Source: Paraspadella gotoi (taxonomy: Eukaryota; Animalia; Chaetognatha). From it: a stretch of DNA of 64,000 bases. A program made the translations under genes and the position numbers. Each line of letters starts with the position of its first letter. Position 1 is the first letter of the stretch. Below the pieces are notes generated by a model. It saw nothing but the letters and a program-made list of their open reading frames with translations, made no database searches and was not told the origin of the DNA. Shown here one piece after another: positions 13,699 through 27,379 of this stretch. The stretch covers positions 9,246,538 to 9,310,537 of the forward strand of contig CM119266.1 in NCBI GenBank assembly GCA_051294375.1. The letters run 5' to 3'.

Positions 13699-16404
13699 CG
13701 AGAGCGAAGAGAGAGAGCGAGAGAGAGAAGAGAGAGCGAGCGAGAGAGAGAGGAGACAGAGAGAGAGTCCAACCATGTCCTATTCGAACATCAATTGGTG
13801 AAGATAGTGAACAAAAGAGGCAACTTAGTTGCGGTTTGTGTCAAACAAGGTTGGAACGCGAGCCAGCGACCCAAAAGAGATGTAAAGTACCAACAAGGTT
13901 GCCTTAAAAGCTTTTACAAAAATCTTTTCCCTAATGAGTCTTTTTTGTTTTGCAATCGTTCCAAATTTTTTCGTTGTTGACCCGAAACAAGTCCGCGGGA
14001 GGTCGCTCGCTAAATGAAACAAAAGATTCAAGTAACCTTGGCGCGGTTGCTTTTAATATTGGATCTTACGTATGTTAATGTCTTTTTTGCGACGTAGTTT
14101 TAGTTAATGTTGTTTGTCAAAATATTTATAAATTACTTTTTATTAAGTTTAATTAGTGTTAAAAATATATATAAGGTCCCCTAATTATTCCATCTATTTG
14201 AGAAAATTCGCGGGCAATTTCGGTAATTAGTTCCTCCTAATTTTCCGAGAATATTGAAAGGGTCCTTGTATCGGTTTATATCAAACCATTAATTTAAGGA
14301 ATTTTATATATTTGGATATAATTATAGGTGTTTAATTGTACATAAATAACAAAATTATTGTTTTTCCTTGTCTATAAGGATCAAAATTCTGAAAATATTT
14401 CTTGCATTACGAAGTTCAATTTTTTTTCGCCGTCTCCGGTTTTTTATATCTTGTTATTAACATTATATCATTAATCTTTTTCGTGTTTAGGGTAGCTTTA
14501 TTGTACGTGCTGTTTCAAACAATTAGTTTTGCTGTGTGACGAATAAAAACTGCATGTATATTTGTGTGTATTTATATATAATATATTTAGGTTAGGTGTG
14601 TAATTTGTATTATAGGTTAGGTTACAGTTATGATCTGAGAGTGACGTAAATTAATTTCTAATTGATTTATTTTTCTGATTCTAAATACTGTAATTTAATA
14701 GAAATCCGAACCCAAAGGGTCAGTTGAGTAAGACACGCTATTTCTCTTTTTATTTTGCCATTTTAAATTGAAAAAGATCTCGTACACGTTACAATAGAAT
14801 AACCCGATATGGTAAGGCTTTTACATCACCCACTCGTAAAATAGTCATTTCTCGCGTAGTCGTGTGTTGTCGTCCGTCGTCGTCGTCGTGTCGTCGCTGC
14901 ATTTTCCGCGATATCGAAATCGAGGCGACGATCGGGTGTTTTTCCCGGAAGAGTGGTGAACATCTTTCCCAACCGGCGCCGGACACCTGGAGCAAGCGCG
15001 TGCGTTAATAAGAAGAGGGGAGGGACTGCTTGGGGCGAGCACCAAGCAAATGTCGCAAGGGAGAAGAGGAGGGGAAGAGTAGGGAAAGGGGGGAGGGATC
15101 TTCCAGGAAAACAGGGTAAGGGAATCTAGGGAAGAGGGAAGGGATCGTTGGGGGAAAGGATTGGTAATGTGTGTAAGTGAAGGTAGAAATCGATTCCGAA
15201 ATCATTTTGCCAATCTATCTTCTGCTTTGATGCGGGGGTATGGACAAATCTTTCGCAAGATTTATGAACGGAATCGTTTACAAGAGATTTTGCGTCGATT
15301 ATTTTCTCGCGCACTTACAATGTTATCGGTATCTGGTTACGGATGAGATGGATTCTGCAGCATCTACAATGCATTTTTCTTCGCGACTTTAAAATTCGGG
15401 CACTTTCTCGTGAAAAATCTTTCTCGATTTTTCCCCGCATTTTTTTCGCCCGTCGTTTTTTCGGCCGAAAATTTTTTCCGGCGTTCCGTACGATGATTTC
15501 CGTCCAAAGTCTTTCAATAAAATCTGTCCCGACAAATTTTCGCTAATAATCTGGCGACAAATCGCGTCGATGATCTTTGCTGGGTAAAACATCTTTGGTT
15601 AAATTTCGCTTCGAGTTTTCGCGTCGAATATCGTCGCAAGATCCGAAGTCGAAAAAGAAGAAATTTTCTTCGCTGGTTAAAATTTCTGAAATGTAAATAA
15701 ATCGAATTTAAATAAATATTAAATATTTAAGATTTAATTTAAAAATTAAACCTTAAAAAATGCATTCTTTATCACTGAAACACCGCTTTTTTAGTTTTTT
15801 TTTAAAATTTAAACGGATCAATGCATCGAAAAAATTCCCTTTTAATAAAGGGTTTGTATACGGGTCATTGAAATCAAAATTTTAATATTGTTTAATCTGT
15901 AATGTAATTGAGTTTATTTCTTTTTTTCTCTCTTCTTTTTCAAAATGATTCTGTGGGTTTTGGAGGTGTTGTTTTGTTTCTCCTTGTACTAAAAAATTAA
16001 CTGTGTTTTCATTCTAAGTTAAAACTAGTAATAAAATAAAAACTAAATTAAATTCAGATTTTGAGTCATTTAAACAAACCAAACATAACTAATGAACTGA
16101 AAATTACCTTTAACAAAAGACAACCAAAGATAACAAGAAATAGATCAACAACAAGGAAATACAAACAACAACAATCTAAACAACAAGTCCTTGCTCTTCG
16201 ATCGCTTCATCAACAACTTCGTCAACGGAGCTCTTCGTCTCGTGTCCGCATCCATATGTCTTTTCAGCTCCGCGGGCGCGCTCAGGTTCGCGCCCCTCGC
16301 CTCTGAGCAAGCGTCAGGCAGCGGACATGACGCTGCGCCGGAAGCAGGGCTGGCGCAGCGGCGTGATCGGAAGTCGTTCGACGGCGTCGACTGGCGGCGC
16401 CTGA

Positions 16405-16812
16405 GGGAAGATGGGGGGAGAGGGGAAAGGATGAGGGGGGAGGGAGAGAGGAAGGAGGTGAGAGGAGGGAGGGGGTTGGGGTAGAGAGAGAAGGAAGGGG
16501 AGAGAAGGGGAAGCGGGGAGAGAGGGACGAAAGAGTGGGAGGTTGAGAGTGGGGATGGGATGTAGAAAGGGAAGAGAAGGGAAAGAAGGGAGAGAGAGGA
16601 AAAGAAGGGGGAAAAGAAGGGAGAAGAAGGGGAGAGTAAAGGGATAAGAAGGATAGAAGGGAGAGAGGGAGAGAGAGCGGGAAGGGAGAGGGGAGAGAGG
16701 GGAGGAGAAGGGAAAGAAGGGAAGAGAAGGAAAGAAAGGGAGAGAGAGTGGGAGGGAGAGTGGAGAGGGGATAGAGGGAAAGAAGGGAGAGAGGGGGCAG
16801 GATGGGAGAAGA
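16405..16812. repeat. Polypurine (G/A) low-complexity tract
   Basis: ~400 bp almost exclusively G/A. Confidence 0.9.
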
Positions 16813-16828
16813 TGGTGTATATTCCCTT

Positions 16829-17764
16829 ATTAAAAGTTTAAATACATAAAAATATTTTTTAAATTTATATCAAGTTATACTAATTAAATTTTTAATTTAA
16901 AAAAATTGGTTGTAAAAATATTTTCATTAAGTAAGGGTTTTTAAAATTTAAAAGGATAAAATCTTTATGTTTAGTTAAATGAAAAAAGAAAATTTTGAAA
17001 TATGAAAGAATCAAATATCAAATTTTAAAATAACATTCTCAAAAAAGTATTATAATATTTCTTATTCTTAGGGCCAACCTGCGGTAAATTAGATAAAATT
17101 CATTAAAAATAAGGTTAATAAATTTCATAGTGGTTGTGAACTTAAAAAAAGTGGTAAGCACGAGTTTACTATGGCAACCGATCCACCCCTCTCCAAAATT
17201 CTCACGGCGTCACTCCAAGGCGTGAGATGGCGCCGTAAATTTCCTTTCGTACGCCCGCGAAGTGAGTCGGCGTCTCACCGGCGTTCATTACCGCGCCGAC
17301 GCCGACGCCGGTTAATGACGCGGGGTGAAGAACCGCCGACTCAGCTTCGCGCGTTCCGAAAGGAATATTCGGGCGCGCCATTCTCAGCCTTGGGGTTGAC
17401 GCCGTGAGAATTGGAGGGGGTGGATCGGTTTGGCCTATAGTAAACTCGTGCTCCAACGGGTTTTTAGTCACAACTACTGAATTTATTAACTTATTTTTTA
17501 ATAAATTTTTATCTAATTTACGCGGTTGGCTAAGAATAAGAAATATTTTAAGTCCTTTTTTGAATGTTATTTTAAATTGAATATTTATTTCTTTCATATT
17601 TAATTTTTTTTTCATTTTTAAACATAGTGTTATTTTTGAAAGTTTTAAACGCTACTTTAATGAAAATATTTTTTCACAATTTTTAAATTAAAATTAATTT
17701 AGTTACATTGGTATGGTATATTAATGTTTATAAAAAAAAATATTTTTATGTATTAACTTTTAAT
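16829..17764. repeat. ~0.94 kb near-spacerless inverted repeat (foldback element or read artefact)
   Basis: Left and right halves are reverse complements about a centre near 17300 (e.g. agcacgagtttactat / atagtaaactcgtgct; tttcttattctta / taagaataagaaa), with many small indels. Confidence 0.9.
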
Positions 17765-20362
17765 TAGTGTTTTGTTGTTTGTTTGGTTTGTGTGTGTTGG
17801 TGGTGTGGTGGGTTGTTTAGTGGTTTGTGTGTTTATTATGGCTGTCCTATCATTTTATTGCCCTCCTAAATAATCGAACGAGGCCTACTATGATGTATAA
17901 TTTTTTTAATTAATTTTATTTTTTTTTGTTTTAAAAATTATCAACCTCCCCAAAAAAATTAAAGAGTATTCCTAAAGGTGCAAGGTAATTAAAATTCCAA
18001 TAATTATACAAATGATTACTTTGAAGAAGGACCAGTTTTAAATAAAAAACAAATAATAATCTTATAAAAAATTTATGTTAAATACCAAAAATATTTTTTG
18101 AAAATTTATAAAAATATATCATAGATCTTAAAAATATTAAATATTTTAAAAAATTATGGGTTTTGAAGAGACATTATGCGGATTCCAATTTCTGTTTTTT
18201 TTTTAAATTTGATTATTCGAATTCCTGTTTTAACAAGTGTCTATAACATTTTGTAAAAATCAAGATAATCCACCCTTTTTTCAAACTTTTATAAAAACTG
18301 AACGGGTCCATTGTATTTTTGAAAAAACAAAAAAAAAAATTAACTTTAAAAGTAATTCTTCTTCCTATAAAATTTTTTAAATAGAAGAAAAAAGAGTAGC
18401 AAAGTTTCAAAAGGAAGAAGATTGGATTATTTTAATTTTTAATAGAAATAAAGAATAAAGATTTATCTTACCATGATGGAGAAAAAAGAAAGATGTCGCG
18501 GTTACTGTACAGTTATTTTTCGGCATTTATTAATGTAAGAAATCGAACAAATAAAATTTATGATATCAAGAAACTTTGGCCCTTTTTGTGATTCATATAA
18601 GCTGTGTCTCAATTTAGGTATGACAAAAAATTTATAGGGTTCCATGTAAAAGAAAAGTGCGTTGTCCAAAAAAATGCTTCCTTCATTTTTATCCTTTTTA
18701 ATATCTGTAATTTTTATTTATAACTCATTTCCGGTTCTTTTATTATTACTTTTTGAGTTTAAAAGCAATACTATTAAAATTCTCTGCCTTTTCTCAGTCT
18801 ATGTCAATGTTATTTGCATTTATCTCCGATTAGGATAGGTTCAGGGATGAATCTTAATTATATGTCAAAAAAAGCAATATTAAAAATACTATTGAATGCT
18901 GTAAGATGTTATAAGAATATTATTTTAAAATAGTAAAGTATCAGATAAAAGTTATAAGGAATTCCGGGTAACACTTTTCTGTTAAGGACAAGTTAGTCAA
19001 TTTTTATATTTACCTTTGGATGTAATTATTCAGAATCAAGATACAAAGCAAATCCAAAATAAAAAAATAAAGATTTTTGTTGAAAGTGAAAGACAATGAA
19101 TTATCACATTATGGCAGCAACAACTCAAAGCCTGGTTTACTTTATAGCAGTATCATCTTTTTTGACTGTTTACACTAAGGATCTTTTTTCCCACAAATTT
19201 GATAAAAAATATATGTCAGAGATATAATTTTAAACATAATATGATAGTATTCTCTATCAAAAAAAAAGTGAAAACAGTTAGAGACAACCACCTTTTATTG
19301 AAGTTTATGCATGCATTGAATAATTTAATCGCTGTTGACAATATAGCATAAATTTTGTTTGATCTTGTATCTAAATAATCTAAAGTATCGCTCGAGACAC
19401 GAATTTGAAGGGTTTGCGAGGTTAACAAACATGTATTGACATAAAATAAAAGCACGAATAAACGAATTAAAAATCATTTTAAAAACAACTTAAAAACAAG
19501 GTAAAAACAGATTAAAACAAAGTAAAAAACAGAATATAAAAAACGAGGTAATCAGTGGCATATCGCATAGTAATAACCTACCCACTGGGTTTTTACAAAA
19601 CGGTTGGACCGTCTAATATTACAAAGATCAATATCGACTCTAAATGAAAACACGACCGACAGCGTTTCCTCAATGGCTGCGCGCGGAAACCGCGGTAAAA
19701 AGGTAGAATATTTCTCCCATTCTTCGACGGTGGATTGGTCGAAGGCCCGCCAATCAGGAACCGCAGGGAAGAAGCTTGCATTTTGCGATCCAACACGCGA
19801 AGGGGAACCGCGCGGCCAACACAGATACAATTTTTATTCAGTCTTTAAGGGAGGTCATATTACCTATTAAAAACTTATTTGGTTAAGCCAAAATTATATT
19901 TGACGTTATAAATTAACTGGCTTTTCCAACACGACACTTTTTTTTCCATCATGTTTAATAATTGAATTATGGTTCTTTTTTCTTTTTATTTTAAATGTAA
20001 ATCAAGATTATTAATTAAATAAAATAATTATTATTAATTAATCAAGTTGTCAATTAAGATTAATCAATAATAATTAATCAATTAATTAATCAATCAAAAC
20101 AAACTTTTGGATCAAATTTAATATTGCATAATTAATTTCAATGAAATTAACATTGAATAAATTAATTATTAATTAATTAAATAGATAATTATTATAAGTA
20201 ATTAATTAATTAACCGATAAAGATCGTGGACCAGATCCGACATTGTTTGCTTAAAACTTGTTTTATCATATTTTTAACATGTTTAAGTTACAACAGAAAC
20301 GATGCTTAAGTTGTTGAACATACTGACAGTCAGTGTCTTGGAACTGTCCTTGGAACTGGAAG

Positions 20363-20673
20363 TGTAGTTGCACATCTTTAAATAAGGATAAGGCGCTAAG
20401 TGGGGCAGAGATCGACTATCCATAATTTATAACCCCCTCTTTTGCATGACATGGAATCGGGTTTCTGGGCTTGGAAACCAGGAATTGAGGGTTTTGCCAC
20501 GACCCCCAAGGCGGCCTTACGGCCGTCCTCACTCTTCCGCAGGGTAGGTACCGTTGGGATTGAACCCGGTACCTAGTGGTCATAAGCTAATGGTCTTTAC
20601 TCTCAATGAGCCACCGGGTACAACTGAAAGATCATGCTTATAAGCGGGGTGAACTAGGCAATGCCCCGCTACA
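20363..20673 (-). mobile_element. Solo LTR-like/SINE-like repeat with internal tRNA-like A/B boxes (family copy 1)
   Basis: Termini TGTAG...CTACA; on minus strand A-box TGGCTCATTGAG (20613-20602) and B-box GGTTCAATCCC (20566-20556); colinear with copies at 50866, 51305 and ~42845-43084. Confidence 0.75.
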
Positions 20674-23600
20674 GTCTTCAGTGGATCTTCATTGGTCCCA
20701 ACAAGGTTCTTCTTGCGCGACAAGGAATAATATACTCTTCTTGAGCAGATAAGCCAAATTTGCACATTGTTTTTATTGGTTGAATGATCTGATTGCACTT
20801 TATTGACTATTAATTACTTCTCAAGTCATGACACAGCCACTTTCGATCACCTCTCTTGTACACTTGCACACTTACTATGAAGATCTGATCGCACCTTCTC
20901 ACTCTCTCCTCATGTCTCCCTCTGATTTGAATCAAGCTTACTGATTTGATCTCGAGTCTGATATACTGTGTTAATTGATTCCATTTTCCTCATTGATTGA
21001 TTGTAGAGTAGTTAACTTTAATGATTCCATATTCTTTTTGCTTGCCCTTCCCTTTTTCAAATTTCTAATAAATTTTTAAATTATACACTTTTTATTTCTC
21101 CCTGGTGGATTCATTTATTTTTCTTACGCTCTGTCCTTAAAAATATTTGTTCGGACTCATAGCAAAAACAGATAGAGTAGTTCGCGCTCATTCTTTTCAT
21201 GGGTTTCCCATATGTCTTTTATAATCATATCGGGTCGAGGTATAGTCCAAATATCGAGGGTAATAATAAGTGGGCCCACGTCATCTTTGTGCTTTGCAAT
21301 AGTTTCTTATTAAATCACCTGACCATGATTAAGGTAGATTCGACAAACGGTTTACGCACAAAAGTGAATGACAATATAAACAATTTAATGATTTTTGAAC
21401 GAAAGTTTTTCTGTTCCTTGAGTTGAAGTTTTTGGATGTGGGGAGAATGCAGAGAGTTCTCTCACCAATTTTGACTGTCGATCCCTCGTCGTTTTCCTCG
21501 GTTCTTGATTGATCATTAAAGGTTGAAGGAAGGTCTGTTGTCTTTGTGGCATTCTGATAATTCCGTGAGGAGAGAGCAATCTCACAGTCACTAAATACAA
21601 CAGGTCCGGCTATAGGTCATTCTCCGTTGAATGACATGTTCGATCATCTCAGCTCCAAAAATTCATCAACATTTCCGACATTACATTTTTTGACAATCAA
21701 CAACAATACTGACAAACTCACCAAATGCTGCTTCTTCTCCCGCGTCCCTCACACTGTATACATGCAAGACGCGTCGCTTTGCTCAGATCCGTTACGATTT
21801 TGCACATGTAATGTACTATTCTGCCTTGCTCCTCGACGACCGATTTCCTTTTACTCCCTCTTCTCACTTCTTTCTCCATTCTTCCTTCCCTTCGCTGCTC
21901 CGACCCATGTACATATGGGTTGTCCTTTGCCCGATATAGTGTCGCGCGCTTACTAATCCTCGTTTATTTTTAGACTTTCTCTCTTCCTTTGAAAATCCGC
22001 CGGCACGAAAACCCGAAGTACAATAGCAAATTCTTATACCTCCACAATGTTTGACCTTCGTCCCCATAATGCAGTCTGTGCGTCATGCTCGTCTACTGTA
22101 CGCTCGCTATCTGACTCTATTTAAATAAGCTATTGGTCGTTTCCTTTATTTTTTTAATTCCTCTCTTTCTTTCTTTTTTTTCTTCTTTTTTTTTTCTTCT
22201 CTCTTCCTCCTCCTTTTTTCCTCCTTTTACTCTTTACTCATTTTTTCGTACTCCTTCCTCTCTTCCACTTTCCCTTTCCTCTCTCCCTCCTCTTCCTTTC
22301 CCTTCTTTTTCTCCCTCTCCTCCCCTCTCTCCTTCAGTGCGCCTCGCACATTCGACGCCGTTCTCGACGATCTTCCGGTTCCTCCTGCCCGTCTTTGTTC
22401 TGCGACTGCTTTCTCTGGTTTCTGTCATCGTTCATGTTTCTGTCATGCGCTTGACGCTTGCTCGAGAGGCGGGGCAGAAGAAAGGTGGCAAGCGAAAGAC
22501 GAAGGACGTGAGGCCGATCGCCGCTGAGCATGAACGTTACATTGTGATGTCGAGACGATTGTATCGAGGCGGTTGACGAGAGGTTTGTTTGAGTGGATTA
22601 CGTAAGAAAATGCTTTATGGGTTTGGTTGTGCTGCAAGTTGTGATAGTTCCTATACGATAACGAATCATTCTATGACTGATCGTATTGTTGGAAATTTTC
22701 TTGTTTATCTTGTGTTTAGGTCTGTTACTTAACAGGTTAATTTTTCCAGGTGTGTCTATTACGTGTTATAGTCGTTTCCTTGCGTAACTTGGTTATCTTG
22801 TGTCTTGTAATCGCTACCTTCTAAAGTGCTATCGTAATGGAGATCCTGTTTAGCTCATTATTCTTATACTCTTCATGAGGTGTTTTGACCTAGAATGAGA
22901 ACAACCACGCCATTTAGAGAAGACCTTTTCCTGACGGGTCACATAGATAATCTAAAAACACAACCACAGAACATTGAAAAGAATGAGAGTAGATATAACA
23001 ATGAATGAGGAAAAATACCATTTTAACAGATTACACTTTCTATAGCCGTATCATGTAATTAAGCCAATTGGACGTAGTTAGACTTCACTCGACAGAATGC
23101 ACCGTCAGATAACCTTTATTACACGGAGACTATAATGTTTTTTCACATGCTTTGTGTTATAGAATTATAAAAAAACTAAAAAAGCGGTTTTCAATTGAAT
23201 AAAAACTGCTATTTTAGGTTTTCACTTTTTTCTAATATTTTAATCTTTTTAACCCTATTTATTTCCCTTTATAATTTTTTATTTTTCCATTACCTCGATT
23301 TTTTCTTTCTATTTTTTGAGTCTCTATTATTTTTAATTTTTTTCTAAGATACAGGGGATTGCCCATCTGAAGTAATACACTTGGTATAATAATCAATACA
23401 AGAAGACGACGGGTAACCCCTAATCCATTCTAAAATCATATTTGTTTTATAAAAATTAATATTAGCCCCTTCTTCCTTTGATATCTTTGGCTATCTTTTC
23501 CCTTCTCATTTAAATTTTATAGCAAAAGATATTAGCATTTTTTAAAGTTTATTCTTTTTTTTTCCCAATACATGGACCTCGTTTATTTAAGCAGCAGTTT

Positions 23601-24451
23601 CTGATAGAAATTTTCTAGTGTTTTTCTGACTGATCGAATGCGTGTCGATATCGTATATTTCTGAACGTCGAATTTTCGAAAAGATGTACGTGAGACCATT
23701 TGTATACACAGAGGATTACTATAACTAAGCAATATGAATCAATCGAGCCAAGAAATTTAAAACAAACAGATTGGATCAGCTATGTCCTTTTTCAAGACCA
23801 CTAGGGTTAGAGAGGTCAGTAGGATCATTATGTTACTGTGTCTATTATACGATATTTTAATTATTTTTAAGCTATGACTATATTTTTAAAGAATTTTTCA
23901 AAATATTTTTGGTATTTAAATAATCTTTTTTAAAATTTAATTTGGTTTTTAATTAAACTGGCTCTTCTTTAAAGTATCATTTTGTATAAAAATGGAATTA
24001 ATTACTTGCACTTTTAGGATACTCTTTGATGAATTTTTGTTTTGAGTGATTTAATTTTTAAAAACAAAAAAAATAAAATTAATTAAAATTTTAGTTACAG
24101 TCATTATTAGCTCGTCTCGAGTATATAATGAAGCAAAAATGATAGGACTAGCTTCAATTAATAACCGCGTTAGAGCAAATATTGTAAAAATTGTTGGGGT
24201 GGCTGAGCGCATTTTTTTGAATTTTTCAATCCTTCAACGGGCCAATAACCTAACGTTTCCTGCATCTATTGCTCAAAGCTGAGCTGATTTCACTCATATT
24301 GTGAGAGCTATCCATCCCTCCAGTTTAATATGCTGAGTTAACCGCACAAGATAAGGTACTGTATCAATTTTTTTTCATGTAATAGAAAGTACTTAGATGG
24401 CGGGAAATGAATGATGAGAGGGGAGGCAGGGAGTGAGAGAGTGGAGAAGAG

Positions 24452-24503
<52 letters not shown>

Positions 24504-25065
24504 AGGAGGAATGAAGAGAGAGAGAATTCGATTTTGGGCGATGGATAATAGAGGAGTAGAAGAGAAGAAAAGAAAGGTGAGACTAAACAAGATAAAGGAA
24601 TGAGCAAAACTAAAAAAATATTGAATGGGAAAGAAATTTTGAAATCAGAGAAATCCTTTATTTTTTTATATAACATTTATATATCTTATTTCTTTCACTT
24701 CGGCGGCTCAAAGGAGTTATACTTTATTAAATAGTTTGTAGTTACTTTATTTCTAGAATTGCTTCAACCGTATTTTTTTCTTTTTATTTATCTTTTTTTG
24801 TTATTTTATTTATTTTATTTATTTTATTTATTTTCAAGTGCGGGCGTCATCGTCCTAGAACTTTCTTCCCTCAATCCCGAAAAATGCCTGAATTCTTAGA
24901 CGCCTGATTCAGGCGCTGGTCACAGGCGTGAGAGAGAGAAAGATTCCATTCCAACGCCGAAGCTAAAGGATTCCAGCGCCTGACGATGACAAGAATATGA
25001 CGCCAATTTAATTTCGGATCTTAGTGACTTAATTAGTTAGTTAACTTAGTCTTAATATCGGTGTT

Positions 25066-25156
25066 TGACTCGTTGACTGGTTAACTGGTTGCCTCGTTGA
25101 CTGGTTGACTGGTTGACTGGTTAACTGGTTGACCGGTTGACTGGTTGACTCGTTGA
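25066..25156. repeat. 8-bp tandem repeat (gttgactg)n
   Basis: Direct observation. Confidence 0.9.
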
Positions 25157-25724
25157 TTGTGATGTTTTTTGTTGTTGTCATGATCGTGGTTGTGATTGTC
25201 ACGATTGAATCTTTGTTGACGTCGCTTTTACGCGGGCTTTATCTTCGTCATGGTAGTCGTCTTTATCGTCGTCGTCGTTATCGTCGTCGCCATCGTCGTC
25301 GTCTTCGCAACGGCGTCATCACCGCCATCTGGTGAGTTCATTTCTCTTATCCTCATCTTATCTTGAATCGTGAACCAATTTTAGTTCGTTCACACTCACT
25401 GCACTCACTTTCGCAATCACTGCACTCACTTCGGCATTTACTGAAATTCGTTTTGCACTCACTCAACTCAATTACTGCACTTTTGCACTCACTTTAGCAA
25501 TCTTTGTGAATTACTTTGCAATCATTTTTTAACTCGCTGCACTCCCAGCACTTGCTTTCGCACTTACTGCACTGCACACAATTACTAACACCTTACGATT
25601 TGCATAATGAATTTAAAATTTAGACAATTTTATCATTTTCTGAACCATTGTAAACGGCCAGATAATAATCACATTATCATTATCATTATCTTTTTTTCAT
25701 TCTCCTTATTAATCGAGTGACAAT

Positions 25725-25801
25725 GACATTGTGACATTGTAACACATTGTGACTTTGGGACACATTGTGACATTGTAACACATTGTGACATTGTAACACA
25801 A
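25725..25801. repeat. Short tandem repeat (cattgtgacattgtaaca)n
   Basis: Direct observation. Confidence 0.85.
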
Positions 25802-25868
25802 TGCGATCTTCTTCTAGAATCCCATCTCATTTATGCCCCCGATTTCTATTCCGAGGGATTCGTGTATC

Positions 25869-25905
<37 letters not shown>

Positions 25906-25914
25906 TCTCTCCTC

Positions 25915-25947
<33 letters not shown>

Positions 25948-26102
25948 TCTCTCTTCCTCTGCACTCATTATTCCTCCTCCTCCTCTCTCCTTCCTCCTCC
26001 TCCCTCTCCAATTTTTTTTTTATTTTAAACTTTCCTCGTATACGCAATGTTAAAAGGGACGACGAAATTGCCTTCATTAAAAACGATGGGTCGACGAGAA
26101 AA

Positions 26103-26140
<38 letters not shown>

Positions 26141-26492
26141 TTTCGCCTGCCAAATTTGAAGAGATTTTCTCCCTCCGCAGGTAATTTCAAACTTTCCTCC
26201 CTCCTCGAAAAAAAAAAGGGAAACATTGAGAATTTTTCGAGAGCAAAGAAGTTGAGAGTTAACGTTGATTTTTCGTCTCGTGACCAAAAAGGTAAGGTTG
26301 AGGTAAGGCTGATTGGGAGAGTGGGGGAGGGGGGAGGCAATTAGAGTCAGTTTGAGGGAAGAAAAAAGAATTGCGAAGTGACGTCAAGTTTAGAAAGGAA
26401 ATTCCAGATTTCCGATTTTTCCTTCTCTGTTACTTAAATTAGAAATATAAATATTTATTCGTTAAAAAAAAAATTGAGTGACTTAATTGTGA

Positions 26493-26548
<56 letters not shown>

Positions 26549-27154
26549 AAATGTTGTCCTTTGTGTTGTCAAGTGTCAACGTCAGTGCTATGATGATGCA
26601 ATGTCATCCGTGAAATGTAGTCAATGCTGGAGTAAAAACGTGAAAATGTCAATTTCACACAATATGGCTCTTTCGTCTAGAGGTCACATTGCACATCGAA
26701 AAGGAATTACTTCCGAGTCTGAAGTGTAAACATGAATTTGTGTGTGAGGTTTTTGAGAAAAAATAGAATGAGGACGAAAGAGGCTCGAGACAGACTCGAA
26801 CCCGTGATTTTGACTGACCATGACTGACAAAATAATATTTATTAATCTACTAAAAACAATATCACGACATTAACACGATTATAACATTAACATATTACTT
26901 ACGCCTTTTGATTTCGCCCACGTAAACCCGCCGAACATCTTGATTGATTCGTCCAAAAAAGCGCGTAGAAGGAAAAAATGTAGATATCAGAAAACAAAAG
27001 ACAAATGGCGAAACGAGCAGAGTTTATAGGGAGACATCTGTCGGTCAATATTCGCCGAAAATTCGACGAAACGCGATGACCTTGTAGCTGAGCGTTCGAC
27101 CTTGATGGTTTTTGTTTTTTTTATAGCTCTGGTTATGCCTAACCTGACCTCTTC

Positions 27155-27248
<94 letters not shown>

Positions 27249-27250
27249 AC

Positions 27251-27379
27251 CGTGGCCAGCGTCTCCGCCCTCGCTTTCCACCGCAAGCCGGAACTGTTGG
27301 CCAGAGCAGTAACGGCCCGCAGCAGCCCGTCGAAGTCGCGCTCCGCTTCCGGCTTCTCGCTCCAAGTCTTGCAGAGTTC
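27251..27379 (-). CDS. KIF28: KIF28-like kinesin exon (ELCKTWSEKPEAERDFDGLLRAVTALANSSGLRWKARAETLAT); last exon I can trace
   Basis: ttcag acceptor, 129 bp open frame phase 0/0, GTGAGG donor; continues the frame of the upstream exons. Confidence 0.75.

Noticed and set aside
19847-19880. TTAAGGGAGG possible Kolobok-type terminus
   Set aside because: No matching opposite end found in the window
20760-22600. Complex sequence with short protein-like fragments
   Set aside because: No recognisable motif, no consistent frame or splice pattern; noisy
24098-24361. Possible Tc1/mariner-type MITE (TA-CAGT ... ACTG-TA)
   Set aside because: The inverted match beyond a few bases is too weak to support
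25150-25330. Candidate terminal kinesin exon after an ag acceptor near 25330
   Set aside because: The phase-0 frame stops quickly and the region is a degenerate GAC microsatellite; not supportable without cDNA
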